This document shows, one piece after another, positions 10,701 through 20,556 of a stretch of DNA of 64,000 bases (within the stretch, counting starts at the first letter, position 1; each line of letters starts with the position of its first letter). The notes beneath the pieces were generated by a model that was not told the DNA's origin, did no database searches, and was given only the letters and a program-made list of their open reading frames with translations. The DNA comes from a virus. The position numbers and the translations under genes are program-made. The DNA is taken from the IMG/VR virus record IMGVR_UViG_3300030397_000226, positions 3,330 through 67,329 of that record; one strand, written 5' to 3'.

Positions 10701-11327
10701 TCCGATGCGATTCACGACAACGTGGCAGGCGAGATTGCCGCAGTCACTTTGAAGAGTACGCCAGTATCTGGTGACTTCCTCCTCATCGAGGACAGCGCGG
10801 ATTCCAATAACAAGAAGCGCGTCACCGTTGGGTCTCTACCCTTCACGAGTGGTCCTGGTTCTTCCACAGACAACGCGATTGCGCGGTACAACGGAACCAC
10901 GGGCGACATCCAGAACAGCGGCGTCACTATTGATGACAACGATAACGTCAGCCTCGGTAACGCAGACATCCGTACTGCTCGACTCGTAACGTTCAACAGC
11001 GAGATTGACCAGGGGAACACGGGTGCGAGCCCGAACGTCGATTGGACTGCTGGCGCGAAGCAGCGGTTCACGATGAACAACGCGACTCCCGCATTCACGT
11101 TCACGGCACCTGCTGGACCTACGAACATGACTCTTGTCCTAGAACAAGACGGAGCCGGTTCTCGTAGCCCGACGTGGCCTGGAACGGCAAGAGCCACTGA
11201 TGGTTCCATCGACATCTCTTCCGCAGGTAGCAGTGTCACAGTCATCAACATCTATTACGACGGTACGAACTACCACATGACCAGCGTGCCCAACTCTGCG
11301 GGCAGCGTAACGACGAACTTGGTGTAA
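7746..11327 (+). CDS. Long Gly/Thr-rich tail fibre-like protein
   Basis: 1193 aa with internal repeats, a GGxVxIxGG tract and a C-terminal STDNAIARYNGTTG fibre motif; structural operon context. Confidence 0.7.
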   Translation: MAAVALIKLSQGAAVPPGGRALVGVQATNVLIENTNNTDVASWRIEVLYAEEGLTFAPTDPGTPVLVDENAADSTPTSAGNPLSPDGVGSWRIRLQVWDGPNFTGNMDEDIRVFSVPTPNFGFILPPYQVFPLQLSNKPHELNFDDQPWGWTGLDSITGGVLINEALKLIDGSSPSLQNSYVGGNTITTDAGNGDFEVLGTENATIAVDGFTTLNGAAGIGMTSSGGNINLNATTGFGTLEADQTATLQSNSATAQVVGATGVTITVGAVNWAWPTVDAAGVLSSNGAGVLSFGAAPASTLQATYEAGNTIVTSAPEGDFSVTGTENATIAVDTFLTLNGGTGIGMTSSGGNIDLNSTTGFMNYTSDQAASFTSTNGIVTITGGGGVQIDATTGNATLAAAAGFTTVAGNTGVGVNSATGNINLTATTGFGGFESDQTLTLQSNSANVVVDAATVINLQAPTTVVSGDLVVQGDKVISNTTEVVVEDNFINLNQGHTTNGVARPGGLVVNLTPQTAAVAISGGAFTSATTVEVAGLTIGAGDYFMIDGADDPTNDGLYQVTSYVDPVLTINAAGDPWTQSGFTTDASVAGTVSPMQITVIRGGTDGLWEQGVGTSSPLTFSDFASAASVTLTGAYQGGNTLTTDAGNGSAIINGTEGFTVDMDGAVSIDGAGGTTLSSTDSALQLLTQGGSPGNITITAGGGSSSATATLRADGEVTVESVNGGGANLNGSDGVSGGSGSPGTVRGGASSTTGGNGGAAQVLGGNVDAGSANGVGGGVNITSGFGRGNGDGGTISITGGTTVGAGTGEGGPVLITGGSGGTVGDGGAVFMQGGGTSTAFDAGDATVRGGSGGVGGTVNIEGGQSTNNNGGQVNIEGGQTPAGANGFVGGSVNIIGGFSQGTNAQARGGHVFIDGGPAAAGNQDGGSVFVTYGVPFGTGDDGFFRVRHSDNTIAAEFTTSTDYDAASVGEVLAKGATGLEYISPTDSDAIHDNVAGEIAAVTLKSTPVSGDFLLIEDSADSNNKKRVTVGSLPFTSGPGSSTDNAIARYNGTTGDIQNSGVTIDDNDNVSLGNADIRTARLVTFNSEIDQGNTGASPNVDWTAGAKQRFTMNNATPAFTFTAPAGPTNMTLVLEQDGAGSRSPTWPGTARATDGSIDISSAGSSVTVINIYYDGTNYHMTSVPNSAGSVTTNLV

Positions 11328-11331
11328 CCTC

Positions 11332-12057
11332 ATGGCAGTAGCTCACGATTCAACGGCGTCAGCGCTTATCTCTTTCCCGCTGAACCCCCAGACTGTCACT
11401 CATTCATTGGGTGACGGTTCGGGGAACGACCGGATTGTGCTTGCGTTTGTAGAGGCAGTTGGCGGCACGACTCATACGTTCACAACGAACGACTATGACG
11501 GGGTGGCGATGACGCAGCTCGCACAGATTACGTCTCCCACCCTCTTTGGGCGAATTACGTCAATCACGGTGTTCTATCTTTTAGATGCGAGTCTTCCTGC
11601 CACGAGTGGGTCCTACGATTTTGACTTCGAGATTGCTTCGGGGGCGTACGGTTCAATCGCCTCAGTGTCGTCCTACACAGGCGTGAGCCAGGTGGCTCCT
11701 CCTACCGCAAACGATAGCGACTCAAACAATCCTCCTCTTTCAGGTATTCAGACGGTGAACAGGACTCCGACCGGCGGTGCTGGTTTACTAGTTGACTTCT
11801 TTGCGGCAGAGCCTCAGTCTGGGCCTTTAACCGGCGCTCCGGGGGCTAGCCAAACGGAGCGGCTTGACTCTAGCGACATTGATGAGCTGCTTTGTCACTC
11901 TGAGAAGATTTACTCAAACAACAATCCTAATTCGATGAGCTACACCCCGAGTGGTAGCTATAACGCTTTTTCGTACCTCGTTGCGGAACTTGCTGAAGCC
12001 GGTGGCGGTGGTGGCGGTGGCACGAAGGCCGGAAACGAGATGGGCGCAGTAGGCTAA
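11332..12057 (+). CDS. Putative virion structural protein
   Basis: Ser/Thr/Gly-rich beta-type composition; between fibre and wedge genes. Confidence 0.5.
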   Translation: MAVAHDSTASALISFPLNPQTVTHSLGDGSGNDRIVLAFVEAVGGTTHTFTTNDYDGVAMTQLAQITSPTLFGRITSITVFYLLDASLPATSGSYDFDFEIASGAYGSIASVSSYTGVSQVAPPTANDSDSNNPPLSGIQTVNRTPTGGAGLLVDFFAAEPQSGPLTGAPGASQTERLDSSDIDELLCHSEKIYSNNNPNSMSYTPSGSYNAFSYLVAELAEAGGGGGGGTKAGNEMGAVG

Positions 12058-12061
12058 ACAG

Positions 12062-14587
12062 ATGGCGTACGGAAACTACTGGGGCGGTCAATGGGGTGGC
12101 GGAAACGTCAACCAAGTGTCGACCTTTGATGTCACGGCGGCTACGGCTATCTTGAACGTGACGGTGGAGGTCGACTTCAGCGAAGTCTTGTTGGACAACG
12201 CTGCACTTCTCGACCCTGCCAGTTACTCCATCCCCGGTCTGATTGTGACTGGCGTTGCGAAGACTGGTGCGTCACAAGTGACTCTTATCACTTCGTCGCA
12301 GTCTAGTGGCACGACCTACACGCTCACCGTTGTCGGAGACGTCCTGAATATCGGACTCTCCCCATTGGACAACAACATGGCTTCGTTCGGGGGCATCAGT
12401 GCCGCTGAGGCGTACGTCATCTCCAACATTCGAGCGAGCGCTCATTGTGAAGGCAACCGAGTTGACCTGACGTGGACCAATCCTGCGGGAGCGACGTTCA
12501 ACAAGATTGTGCGCCGTCAGAAGCATTGGCCTTTCGACCTCACGGATGACCACGATGTCCTCTATGAGGGGCCTGCTCTTGAAGAGTTCATTGACTCTGG
12601 CGTTCTGAGTCCCCAATTCGCACCCACCGCTGACCTTCCCGTAGGTACGGTCAACATCCCGGTTCCCTCGGTTCAGGCGTTCTCGGTTGGTCAAACGATT
12701 CGTGTCGAGCGACTCCAAGGTCCGTCGTACTTCGAGCTTCGCGTCATTACCGCAATCAACGGACTCTTTTTGCGCGTTGCTGAGTTGGAGAACGAGTACC
12801 CAGCAGCGGACTCTCGTGTCGCTCCTGCGTCCACTCTGCGAGACACGACATTCTACTACTACACCGTGCTCGTCACCGACTCGGTTTCTTTCCCCGCCGA
12901 CGATGAATGGGACTTCGAGGACAACAGCCGCGTTGCGGGTCTGTCACTTCGCCCAATGGATTCGAAGGAGACCTTCTTCTGGAAGAACACTCCACGCGAG
13001 CATCGTCGCCTCGACTCGACTTCTGAAGCCGAAGGCGGTGGTGGTGGGTTCCTAGACCAGTGGTACGATGTCATGGGCTGCTGGCTCAACAAGATGCGTG
13101 GATGGACGGAAGCCATCAACACGATGGCGGATGATGACGAGTCCCCGTTTGATTCTCTCACCGCGAAGAACTTCTCGTTGGGCATCGACCCTGATGGCTT
13201 CAGTTACGACTTCGAGATTCCACGTCGTACCGTATTATCCCTCATCAATGTGTACAAGCGACGAGGGACGTGCCCTGGAATCATTCGAGCCGTCCGCATG
13301 TTCACCAAGTGGGAGAGTGAGTGCGTCGAGTATGGTGCTCTCCTTCCCAGCTGCCGAGGTGGCGCAAAGAGTCTGAAGACTTGGGACGGGTCGAGCGAAA
13401 CGGTTGAACTCAACTTCCTACTTGCGTCCAATATCACGCAGGTTCCTGGCACCATCACCTACTCTGTCGCTCACGGCGGTGCAGATGGGCAGTTCAACGA
13501 TGGCGCGTTGCGCGGTCCTATCGGTGAAGTCGTCTGCGTTCAGACAAGTACCGAAACGGAATTCACGACTGTTGAGGCAGAAGCATTCCACCTGCTCACC
13601 AACAACCTCGCGGCTGGCGCCACTGCGGTTTTGGTAGACGACACGACTCTCCTTCAGCCACACATGACGGTGCAGCTCTCACGGGCGGACGGCACTGCTG
13701 CGGAGATTGTCGAAATCAACACAATCACTGCGGGCGTGAGCTTCACCATCAAGCGTCCCGATGGGTTGCAGAACAGTTACTCTTCCGGTGACGCGGTTTC
13801 CATCGAGCGAAACGTCTTCCGTACGGAGCTTGTGGGTAACGGCACTTGGGCGGACATCGGTGGCGGTCAGTACACTCTCACCGACCCGACTGCGCGCTGG
13901 ATGGATGGCGCCTGGAACGGGTACGAGATTCTCGACAACGGAAACACGAAACACACCGTCATCCAGTCGGACCTCAATACCATCACCATCGCTGCTGGCG
14001 CTCAGCCTCCTGATGGAGACTACGCCGTAGCGAGTGACTTCGCTTTGGGTGCGTCTTTTGCGGCTCGTGACCCAATGGTGAGAGTCATTGCGTACAACGG
14101 GGAGCATACCTTCCTGCTGGAGCCCACATACGATGTGCAGCTCAAGGGAACTAGGTTCGACCCGTTCAGTCCTCTCTACCAAGGTGGGGCTTTTGGCGCG
14201 GCACTGCTCGGTATCTACACTTCAGGCGACGTGGGTGTTCTCATCACAAGTGACGTCACACAGACGCTCGGCATCACACAGAACCCCTCTGGGGCAGGGA
14301 ACCAGTTCTTCCTCGACCCGAGTTCGCCCGCACCTACTCCCAACGCTCTTGTTGGGATGTACTTGAACCCGAACCAGAATCAGACTCAACTTTTCCGAAT
14401 TCTGGCGAACGATGCGACCTCGGTCACTGTGGCTGCTGACGTGAGTAGCCTCACTGTTCCAGGTCAAATCTACTACGTTTTGAACGAACGAGATGCGTCC
14501 CGGTTCCAGCGACTTTCTGCTAGACTGGGCCTACCGTCGCGAGAGTTCGCCCACCAAGACATCAACGTGCGAATCCTATTCGGCTAA
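12062..14587 (+). CDS. Baseplate wedge / tail protein I-like with Ig/FN3-like N-terminal domains
   Basis: RRTVLSLINVYKRRGTCPGIIRAVRMFTKWE resembles the P2 gpI/gp7 core; VDLTWTNP..ATF.KIVR and YYYTV are FN3-like. Confidence 0.65.
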   Translation: MAYGNYWGGQWGGGNVNQVSTFDVTAATAILNVTVEVDFSEVLLDNAALLDPASYSIPGLIVTGVAKTGASQVTLITSSQSSGTTYTLTVVGDVLNIGLSPLDNNMASFGGISAAEAYVISNIRASAHCEGNRVDLTWTNPAGATFNKIVRRQKHWPFDLTDDHDVLYEGPALEEFIDSGVLSPQFAPTADLPVGTVNIPVPSVQAFSVGQTIRVERLQGPSYFELRVITAINGLFLRVAELENEYPAADSRVAPASTLRDTTFYYYTVLVTDSVSFPADDEWDFEDNSRVAGLSLRPMDSKETFFWKNTPREHRRLDSTSEAEGGGGGFLDQWYDVMGCWLNKMRGWTEAINTMADDDESPFDSLTAKNFSLGIDPDGFSYDFEIPRRTVLSLINVYKRRGTCPGIIRAVRMFTKWESECVEYGALLPSCRGGAKSLKTWDGSSETVELNFLLASNITQVPGTITYSVAHGGADGQFNDGALRGPIGEVVCVQTSTETEFTTVEAEAFHLLTNNLAAGATAVLVDDTTLLQPHMTVQLSRADGTAAEIVEINTITAGVSFTIKRPDGLQNSYSSGDAVSIERNVFRTELVGNGTWADIGGGQYTLTDPTARWMDGAWNGYEILDNGNTKHTVIQSDLNTITIAAGAQPPDGDYAVASDFALGASFAARDPMVRVIAYNGEHTFLLEPTYDVQLKGTRFDPFSPLYQGGAFGAALLGIYTSGDVGVLITSDVTQTLGITQNPSGAGNQFFLDPSSPAPTPNALVGMYLNPNQNQTQLFRILANDATSVTVAADVSSLTVPGQIYYVLNERDASRFQRLSARLGLPSREFAHQDINVRILFG

Positions 14588-14602
14588 CATCAGGCAAACG
14601 AC

Positions 14603-17563
14603 ATGGCAGACATCACCAAAGAATCCTACAACGAAGCGAACCGATTCAGTAAAATCCTGTTCCAGCGCGGCAAGGACGTAATCGACTTCGAGTTGAATGA
14701 GTTTCAGGACGTTCAGCGCATCAACATCTACCGTGCATTGAAGGCCGGGTTCCAGCTCCCCACGTCTCCCCAGGTTGCAGGGTCGAACGACAATGGCTGG
14801 CTCGTCACCGGAACTGGTGCGAACAACGAAGTCACTATTGGTGAGGGGTTCCTGTTTCCTGATGGCATCTCGCTCATCAATCCTGCGGCGTTCGCATTCA
14901 ACGGACTCTCTACGAATAACGGAGGGAACCCGCGTATCGATGTGGTGTACGTCCGATTGGAAGAGCAAGAAGTCGCTGACCCCAACACGGTGGCGGAACT
15001 AGGAGAGACTTCGCGTCGTCGACAACTCGTCCCATCTATCGGTGTTGTTGAGGGAACACCTGCGGCAAGTCCAGTAGCTCCGTCGCTACCTGCGGATTCG
15101 TCCACTGAGATTTGGGAAGGCGGCGTTCGGTACTACGCGCTAGCAGAGATTCTCCGCCCCGATGGACAGGACAACATTGATGCGGGTGATGTGACGGACC
15201 TTCGTCTTCTGCTTCCTCCTGCAATTCTCGACTACATCACCGACCGAACCTTCTCCCCCGGAAACACCTTCCAAGAGTTCATTGGGCAGTGGGAACTGAC
15301 GTGCAGCCAAGACGCCTCCCAGTTGGCGGACTTCCGTGGCGCGGATGCGTTGAAGAACTGCATCGCCTATGTGAACGCCTTCGCTACCAATGTGGGCGTA
15401 GTGATTCGACTCAAGAACGGCGTCTACAACGTTGACGAAGAGCTTGAAATCAATGGGTCATGCAAGATTATCGGAGCTGGTCCTCGTGAGGTGTTTCTTG
15501 AAGTCGGAGGAGTAGGGCACGCCAACAATGTGTTCAACATCGACAACGACTCTGATGACTTCCACCTCGAAGGCGTCTCCCTCAACACGTCTACCGCACA
15601 GGCGACTGCGTTTGCTGTCACGAGCACGAATCTGCGTTGTGGCAAAATCTACGTCAAGAATTGTGACATCACCGGGCACATGAAGTTCACGAACCCAATC
15701 GACGGTTCGGGTGGTGATGTGGAAGCCAACAACGCGGAAGCGCCAATGCCTTCCATCGTTTTCGAAGACGTCCGATGGCGCAACATTTCGGACTCTCCGA
15801 ACCTTGAAATCTCCATTGGAGGCAGCACCACGCAAGGCTCGTACACGGGCGGTGTTTTGTTCAATCGATGCGGTTTGACTCAGGACACAGGCAACCACCC
15901 GTTCATGCTCGTCGACGACTTGGCGGGAGCGAACGCTTGGGGCATCCGTAACATCACCTGGGTCGACTCTTTCGTGCGTCTGCGTGGCGGCGACATTGAC
16001 CCGAGTGCTGGCACCTACGACGGCACCGACAACTGTGGCGTTCTCTACTTCGCGGAGAAGACCACGAACGTTAAGAGCGAGGTCGACAAGGTTGCGTTCA
16101 TTCGCACTCGTGTGTGGTCCGAGGGAGGCTTCGGCGCGAACCCTTGCGTCCAGTTCCTCGATTGGCGAAACACGGAGGATTCGAGCGGCGTCCATAATAA
16201 TGGTGGTTGGAACGTGTACGACCTCATCATTGAGGACAGCGACTTCGTTGCGGAGCCTGGCACTTACGGGGTGAGTCCTTTCCATCTCGGGCCTCGTGGC
16301 GGCGTGTACACCGTACCCATCCACCGCGTCGGTAACCCGATGAATGAGTCGTATGTGAACATGCCTCGCAAGCTGACCGTACGAAACATGAAGATTGGGT
16401 ACTCCAACGGCATCACTCTTGACCCAGACCCCAGCAATGCGACGTCTGGTCCTGTCCAGTACGGTGTGACGAGTCAGTTCGGCATCGACGTCGGAGGAGC
16501 AATGGTGCTCGCTGCGCGTGAGGTTGATGTCGATGGAATCAAGTTCGTGAACCCAAGTGCGGACAGTACGCTCGGTGAGGCAGTCGTTCTCGGGGCCATG
16601 AAGTGCGAATTCAAGAACTTCACTTGCACAGAGAAGTGGCATGCGGGTACGGGCTCTGTTCCGGCGTACCGTTTCTATGCGTGTGGTACTTCGGTCACAC
16701 GCGGTGACCAGGATGCTCTCTTCGAGGGAATCAACTACTCGTCGGATTTCGAAGGGTTCTTCGATTACGGCAATGCGCTCATCAGCCCTCGCCATCCTGG
16801 GCCCACACAGCAGCGTATCGTTTTCCGCAAGTGTAGGTTCCGCAACATCTCTCCAACGTTTGCCGACCCGGTTATCGAGATTCGAAACACTCTCGATGGC
16901 GTTGGCGTAGGTACGAATGTACTCATTGATGAGTGTCACTTCCTACAAGTAGACGACAACAACGCAGGCTTTTGCGAGATGGTAGATATTTTGGCAGAAG
17001 GCAGCCCTCCTCTCCCTGTGCGAGTTGAAGTCCGAGATAGCGTCTTTCGAGATACGAGAGGATACGGCGTGCGCTTTAATGGCCTCCTCGGTGGTGGAGT
17101 AGCGAGTCACGGTCGAGACGGGTTTTTCAAGGTCCATGATTGCTACTTCGAAGAGTGCGACTTGGGTGGCATCGACTTCTTCCAAACGAGCGACAGTGCT
17201 ACGAATGCGGACAACCGATTCTTGCCTGCTTTCACGGACAACACCTTTGTCGATTGCGGTTTCGGGTACAGCCCCGGAGCCCGGCAGTTTGCTGGCATCC
17301 TCATCGCTACCGAGGCCGTATTCGCGGACGGCCTGGACTTCTATTGGTTGCAAGTCACCGGAAACATCGGAGTCCGCAGTGGCTCTACGGGCCAGCCTCT
17401 CATCTACTTCCGTCTCCCCGATGCGAACGACTGTTCTTTCATGTCCGGTCTCGGTACTCCGAGTGGAGGTAACGTTGCTGTTCCTGGCACCTTCGCTTCG
17501 TTGCCTAACAATACCATCATGGTCCACAACAGCGGATTCCGAACCTCTAAGGAGAACCCGTAA
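14603..17563 (+). CDS. Tailspike/receptor-binding protein with predicted beta-helix
   Basis: N-terminal FSKILFQRGKDVIDFELNEFQ baseplate anchor, then IRLKNGVY...I.GSCKIIGAG (pectin-lyase-like start) and Asn/Asp-rich repeats. Confidence 0.7.
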   Translation: MADITKESYNEANRFSKILFQRGKDVIDFELNEFQDVQRINIYRALKAGFQLPTSPQVAGSNDNGWLVTGTGANNEVTIGEGFLFPDGISLINPAAFAFNGLSTNNGGNPRIDVVYVRLEEQEVADPNTVAELGETSRRRQLVPSIGVVEGTPAASPVAPSLPADSSTEIWEGGVRYYALAEILRPDGQDNIDAGDVTDLRLLLPPAILDYITDRTFSPGNTFQEFIGQWELTCSQDASQLADFRGADALKNCIAYVNAFATNVGVVIRLKNGVYNVDEELEINGSCKIIGAGPREVFLEVGGVGHANNVFNIDNDSDDFHLEGVSLNTSTAQATAFAVTSTNLRCGKIYVKNCDITGHMKFTNPIDGSGGDVEANNAEAPMPSIVFEDVRWRNISDSPNLEISIGGSTTQGSYTGGVLFNRCGLTQDTGNHPFMLVDDLAGANAWGIRNITWVDSFVRLRGGDIDPSAGTYDGTDNCGVLYFAEKTTNVKSEVDKVAFIRTRVWSEGGFGANPCVQFLDWRNTEDSSGVHNNGGWNVYDLIIEDSDFVAEPGTYGVSPFHLGPRGGVYTVPIHRVGNPMNESYVNMPRKLTVRNMKIGYSNGITLDPDPSNATSGPVQYGVTSQFGIDVGGAMVLAAREVDVDGIKFVNPSADSTLGEAVVLGAMKCEFKNFTCTEKWHAGTGSVPAYRFYACGTSVTRGDQDALFEGINYSSDFEGFFDYGNALISPRHPGPTQQRIVFRKCRFRNISPTFADPVIEIRNTLDGVGVGTNVLIDECHFLQVDDNNAGFCEMVDILAEGSPPLPVRVEVRDSVFRDTRGYGVRFNGLLGGGVASHGRDGFFKVHDCYFEECDLGGIDFFQTSDSATNADNRFLPAFTDNTFVDCGFGYSPGARQFAGILIATEAVFADGLDFYWLQVTGNIGVRSGSTGQPLIYFRLPDANDCSFMSGLGTPSGGNVAVPGTFASLPNNTIMVHNSGFRTSKENP

Positions 17564-17634
17564 TGGCTGCTTCAGTCAGGACCAAGGTGAGCAAAATCAA
17601 AACGCTCATTAGAACCAAGGTAGTGAAGACATGA
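17563..17634 (+). CDS. 23-aa basic microprotein MAASVRTKVSKIKTLIRTKVVKT (not in ORF track)
   Basis: ATG overlaps upstream TAA, TGA overlaps downstream ATG; GGAG at 17551. Confidence 0.55.
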   Translation: MAASVRTKVSKIKTLIRTKVVKT

Positions 17635-18557
17635 CGGACCTAGCAGTAGGAGACGAGTTTCGCATCGAAGCTGAGATTCTGAACGACGGAACCCTTTCGG
17701 ACCCGACGACTCTCACTCTCAGCGTCACTGATGGAGATGGTACGACGACGCTCTACACCTATGGTGTGGATGCTGAAATTGTTCGCACTGATATTGGCCT
17801 CTACGAAGCCGTGTTCACCACGACCACCGATGGTTTGTGGTCCTATGTCTGGAACGCGACAGGAACGTTCAGTGCTTCCATCTCGGATGCGTTTGAAGTA
17901 GAGGCTCAGGAGTTCGCGTTGTCCGTCACGGTACAGGACGATGCGGCTGCTGCTGTCGAGGGCGCCCGCGTGTCGGTGTTTCGTACCTCAGACGACCAGT
18001 TTGTCGGTAGTGGTGTGAGTGACGCTTCAGGCGCGCTCTCCGTAAACCTACCGAATGACGAGTACAAGCTCGTCACCCAACTTGCAGGGTGGATGTTCAA
18101 CTCCCTGACCATCACCACCAATGGAGCGACGGCGACCGTCGTGAGTGGTGTGAACCTAGGCACGAAGGTAGCTCCGAGTACGGAGCTTACCAAATTGCAC
18201 GGGACCATTTTGGAAGCCACCGGGGATGTACCCGACGCGGAAGTCATCATCGAGGTCGTGGGTCGAGGGAACCGCGCCTTCGTTGTGACGGACAACGTGG
18301 GCATCATCGACCGGAGTCTGGGCGTTGTACGCGGGAAGCGAATGCTGCGTCCCGACAAGGACGGCTACTGGGAGATTGACCTCATCGCGGGAATCGCGGT
18401 CAGCGTCTCCATTCCAGACCTCGGCTTCCGCATCATCACCCAGATTCCCAATGGGGTGGACTCGTTGGACATTCGGGATGCGCGTCCGTGGCCCGGTCCT
18501 GGTGGTGAGACTACTTCGGGCGTCTTCGATGACACCTTCGATTTGGAGTTTGAATAA
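17631..18557 (+). CDS. Virion protein with Ig-like and carboxypeptidase-regulatory-like domains
   Basis: LSVTVQD....VEGARVSVF.......G.SDASG...VNLP..EYKL is a prealbumin-like pattern. Confidence 0.55.
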   Translation: MTDLAVGDEFRIEAEILNDGTLSDPTTLTLSVTDGDGTTTLYTYGVDAEIVRTDIGLYEAVFTTTTDGLWSYVWNATGTFSASISDAFEVEAQEFALSVTVQDDAAAAVEGARVSVFRTSDDQFVGSGVSDASGALSVNLPNDEYKLVTQLAGWMFNSLTITTNGATATVVSGVNLGTKVAPSTELTKLHGTILEATGDVPDAEVIIEVVGRGNRAFVVTDNVGIIDRSLGVVRGKRMLRPDKDGYWEIDLIAGIAVSVSIPDLGFRIITQIPNGVDSLDIRDARPWPGPGGETTSGVFDDTFDLEFE

Positions 18558-20143
18558 TGAGCCTCAGAGACGATTTGATTGCACTCGCGGTAACTGTCCG
18601 CGACGAGACGAAGAAGAAGCGGAACACGGCGAAGCGCGTCGGTGGTCTGCTCTACGACATCGCCACGAACCTCGTGATTGCAGCGAGCACAGCGGAGGTG
18701 TCTCTGTGGGTGGACAACGAACAAGGCGACGACACCAACGACGGACTCTCGCAGGCGAACGCCGTTCGGTCTCTGGAGAAGGTGCTCGAAATCACCGGGA
18801 ACAATTACCTGGCGCGAACCACCATCAACATCGTTGGGAACGCTACGCCGTATGACCCGGCTCCTTTCTTCACTGACCGATTCGTTGCGCGGTTCCTTCA
18901 CATCAAGGGACACGGACACGACGAGGTTGTGGGAGACACGGCCATCACGTCGCAGAGTGGCATCACTGTCACAGTCACTCTCGGAGGAGCAGCGGACGCT
19001 TATCGAGGGATGCACCTGGAGCTGGATAACGGCGGAACCAAGTTCTACGGAACCATCGCGGAGAACTCGACGACCGATGTGACCTTGTGCGCACCAAAGA
19101 CGTTCAATATGGCAGCTACCGAGACTGTCCGCGTTGTGCGTCCTGCGGTGAAGTTCACTCCTGACGACTCGAAGCCTCTGCCTCAGTTCCGAGGCGACTC
19201 CACTCCTGCAATGGGCGGACCCTTCCGTGGGTTCTATTCGCGTGCGTCTATCGGAATGGTTTGGGAGAACGTCGAGTTCGCTGCTGCTCCCGGTGAGTAC
19301 AAGACCTACTACTTCCGAGGTTCACATTGTCTCGTCGGTGTCATCGTCTCTGGTGCAGCAGTCGGGTTCGGTCAAACGATTCGTTTCGTCGAGTCCAACA
19401 TCTGGTCGGGGAAGTGGGAACCAACGGGGAACTACCTCAACGAGATTGGCATCACTGACGAGATTCAGACTGGGTGGGGCCTCAGCATGATTGACTCAGT
19501 GGACCCAACACGTCCCGGCGTCATGGTGCTTGAGCGTGCGTACTGGCAGGGCAGCTACGTTGGTGGTCCTCCCCTCTTCCAGGGTGGCTCGTTCGCGCAG
19601 TTCTCGGACGGCTACCGTTTCACGGGAGCGGATGCGTACGACAACTATTCTGAGTGGCCGTACGAGGCAGTCCTCAGTGCGCTTCAGGATAGCCACATCG
19701 AGTTGCTCGACCGAACGAGCGCGGGCAACGGTTCCTGCTATGGCGGGATGAGTCAAGACACTGACAATCTCCCCTCACTCTATGCGGAAGACGGCAGCAC
19801 CATCAAACTTATCGGACCTCCGACTATCCGAGACCTGGGCGACGGCATCTTCGCTCACGCTCGCGGTGGTCGTATCGTTCTCGGAAACGTAACCCCATCC
19901 TTCCCTAATGGGGGAAGTGAATCGGGCAAACTTCTCGCCACTGATGGTGGGCGCATCGAGCTGGACAGCGGAGGCGGGATTGACTTCTCCGTCTACGATG
20001 ACGCAACGATTGGTAGTGTGAATGCTCTGACCCGCCCCGATGCGAGCGGAGCGTGGAGTGTCGGAGAGTCCGTGGCGGACCAAGCTGCCGCGTTCACCGA
20101 TTTGCCAAGGGATGGCGCTCCAGCCATCTATCGGAAAGGATAA
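18557..20143 (+). CDS. Putative second tailspike / beta-helix virion protein
   Basis: N-terminal VRDE....NTA.RVG motif; LWVDNEQGDDTNDGLSQANAVRSL is typical of beta-helix starts. Confidence 0.5.
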   Translation: MSLRDDLIALAVTVRDETKKKRNTAKRVGGLLYDIATNLVIAASTAEVSLWVDNEQGDDTNDGLSQANAVRSLEKVLEITGNNYLARTTINIVGNATPYDPAPFFTDRFVARFLHIKGHGHDEVVGDTAITSQSGITVTVTLGGAADAYRGMHLELDNGGTKFYGTIAENSTTDVTLCAPKTFNMAATETVRVVRPAVKFTPDDSKPLPQFRGDSTPAMGGPFRGFYSRASIGMVWENVEFAAAPGEYKTYYFRGSHCLVGVIVSGAAVGFGQTIRFVESNIWSGKWEPTGNYLNEIGITDEIQTGWGLSMIDSVDPTRPGVMVLERAYWQGSYVGGPPLFQGGSFAQFSDGYRFTGADAYDNYSEWPYEAVLSALQDSHIELLDRTSAGNGSCYGGMSQDTDNLPSLYAEDGSTIKLIGPPTIRDLGDGIFAHARGGRIVLGNVTPSFPNGGSESGKLLATDGGRIELDSGGGIDFSVYDDATIGSVNALTRPDASGAWSVGESVADQAAAFTDLPRDGAPAIYRKG

Positions 20144-20148
20144 GGAAC

Positions 20149-20409
20149 ATGAATGCAGTGAAGGGGCTCTTCGGGAGCCGGAAAGCGACGGTCGTCATCG
20201 TCCTCAACGTGGCGGTCTTCGTCCTCTATGGGATGGGGAAGATTTCGTGGAACGATGCCAGTGAGTTCGTCAAGTGGCTCGATTCCGTCTGGATGGGCGC
20301 TCACGCCTGGGAGCAGGGTCAGCTGGCCCGAGCGAAGGCGGTGGTCGATGGAGCCAAGGAGACGGCGGCTCAGGCCAAGCAACTCGTCGAGGAGCGTACA
20401 GAGGAGTAG
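20149..20409 (+). CDS. Holin-like small membrane protein
   Basis: 86 aa; GSRKATVVIVLNVAVFVLYGMG hydrophobic segment, charged C-terminus; last gene of the structural operon. Confidence 0.55.
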   Translation: MNAVKGLFGSRKATVVIVLNVAVFVLYGMGKISWNDASEFVKWLDSVWMGAHAWEQGQLARAKAVVDGAKETAAQAKQLVEERTEE

Positions 20410-20442
20410 GGACGCCATCTGACCTTCTCGGTCGCCCTCGCG

Positions 20443-20475
20443 CCCTCGGTTCTTTCGGGAACCGGGGGTTTTTTC
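20443..20475 (+). terminator. Rho-independent terminator
   Basis: CCCTCGGTTCT-TTCG-GGAACCGGGGG followed by TTTTTTCTT. Confidence 0.85.
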
Positions 20476-20481
20476 TTGGGT

Positions 20482-20510
20482 TTGACTCAACTGTGCGGTT
20501 CCTGTACCTT
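20482..20510 (+). promoter_or_regulatory. Sigma70-like promoter for the replication module
   Basis: TTGACT-N17-TACCTT. Confidence 0.65.
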
Positions 20511-20556
20511 AGACGTCCTTTTCCATATAAGAAAAAGAACGTTTAGGAGACCGTAG

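Noticed and set aside
1390-14587. Tail cluster as a stand-alone extracellular contractile injection system
   Set aside because: Includes a long tape measure and is co-oriented with a full phage replication module
15458-16939. 493-aa minus-strand ORF (also 27835-28764, 38118-38993 and others)
   Set aside because: Antisense shadows of well-supported + strand genes, expected from GC3-biased codon usage; no motifs or SD
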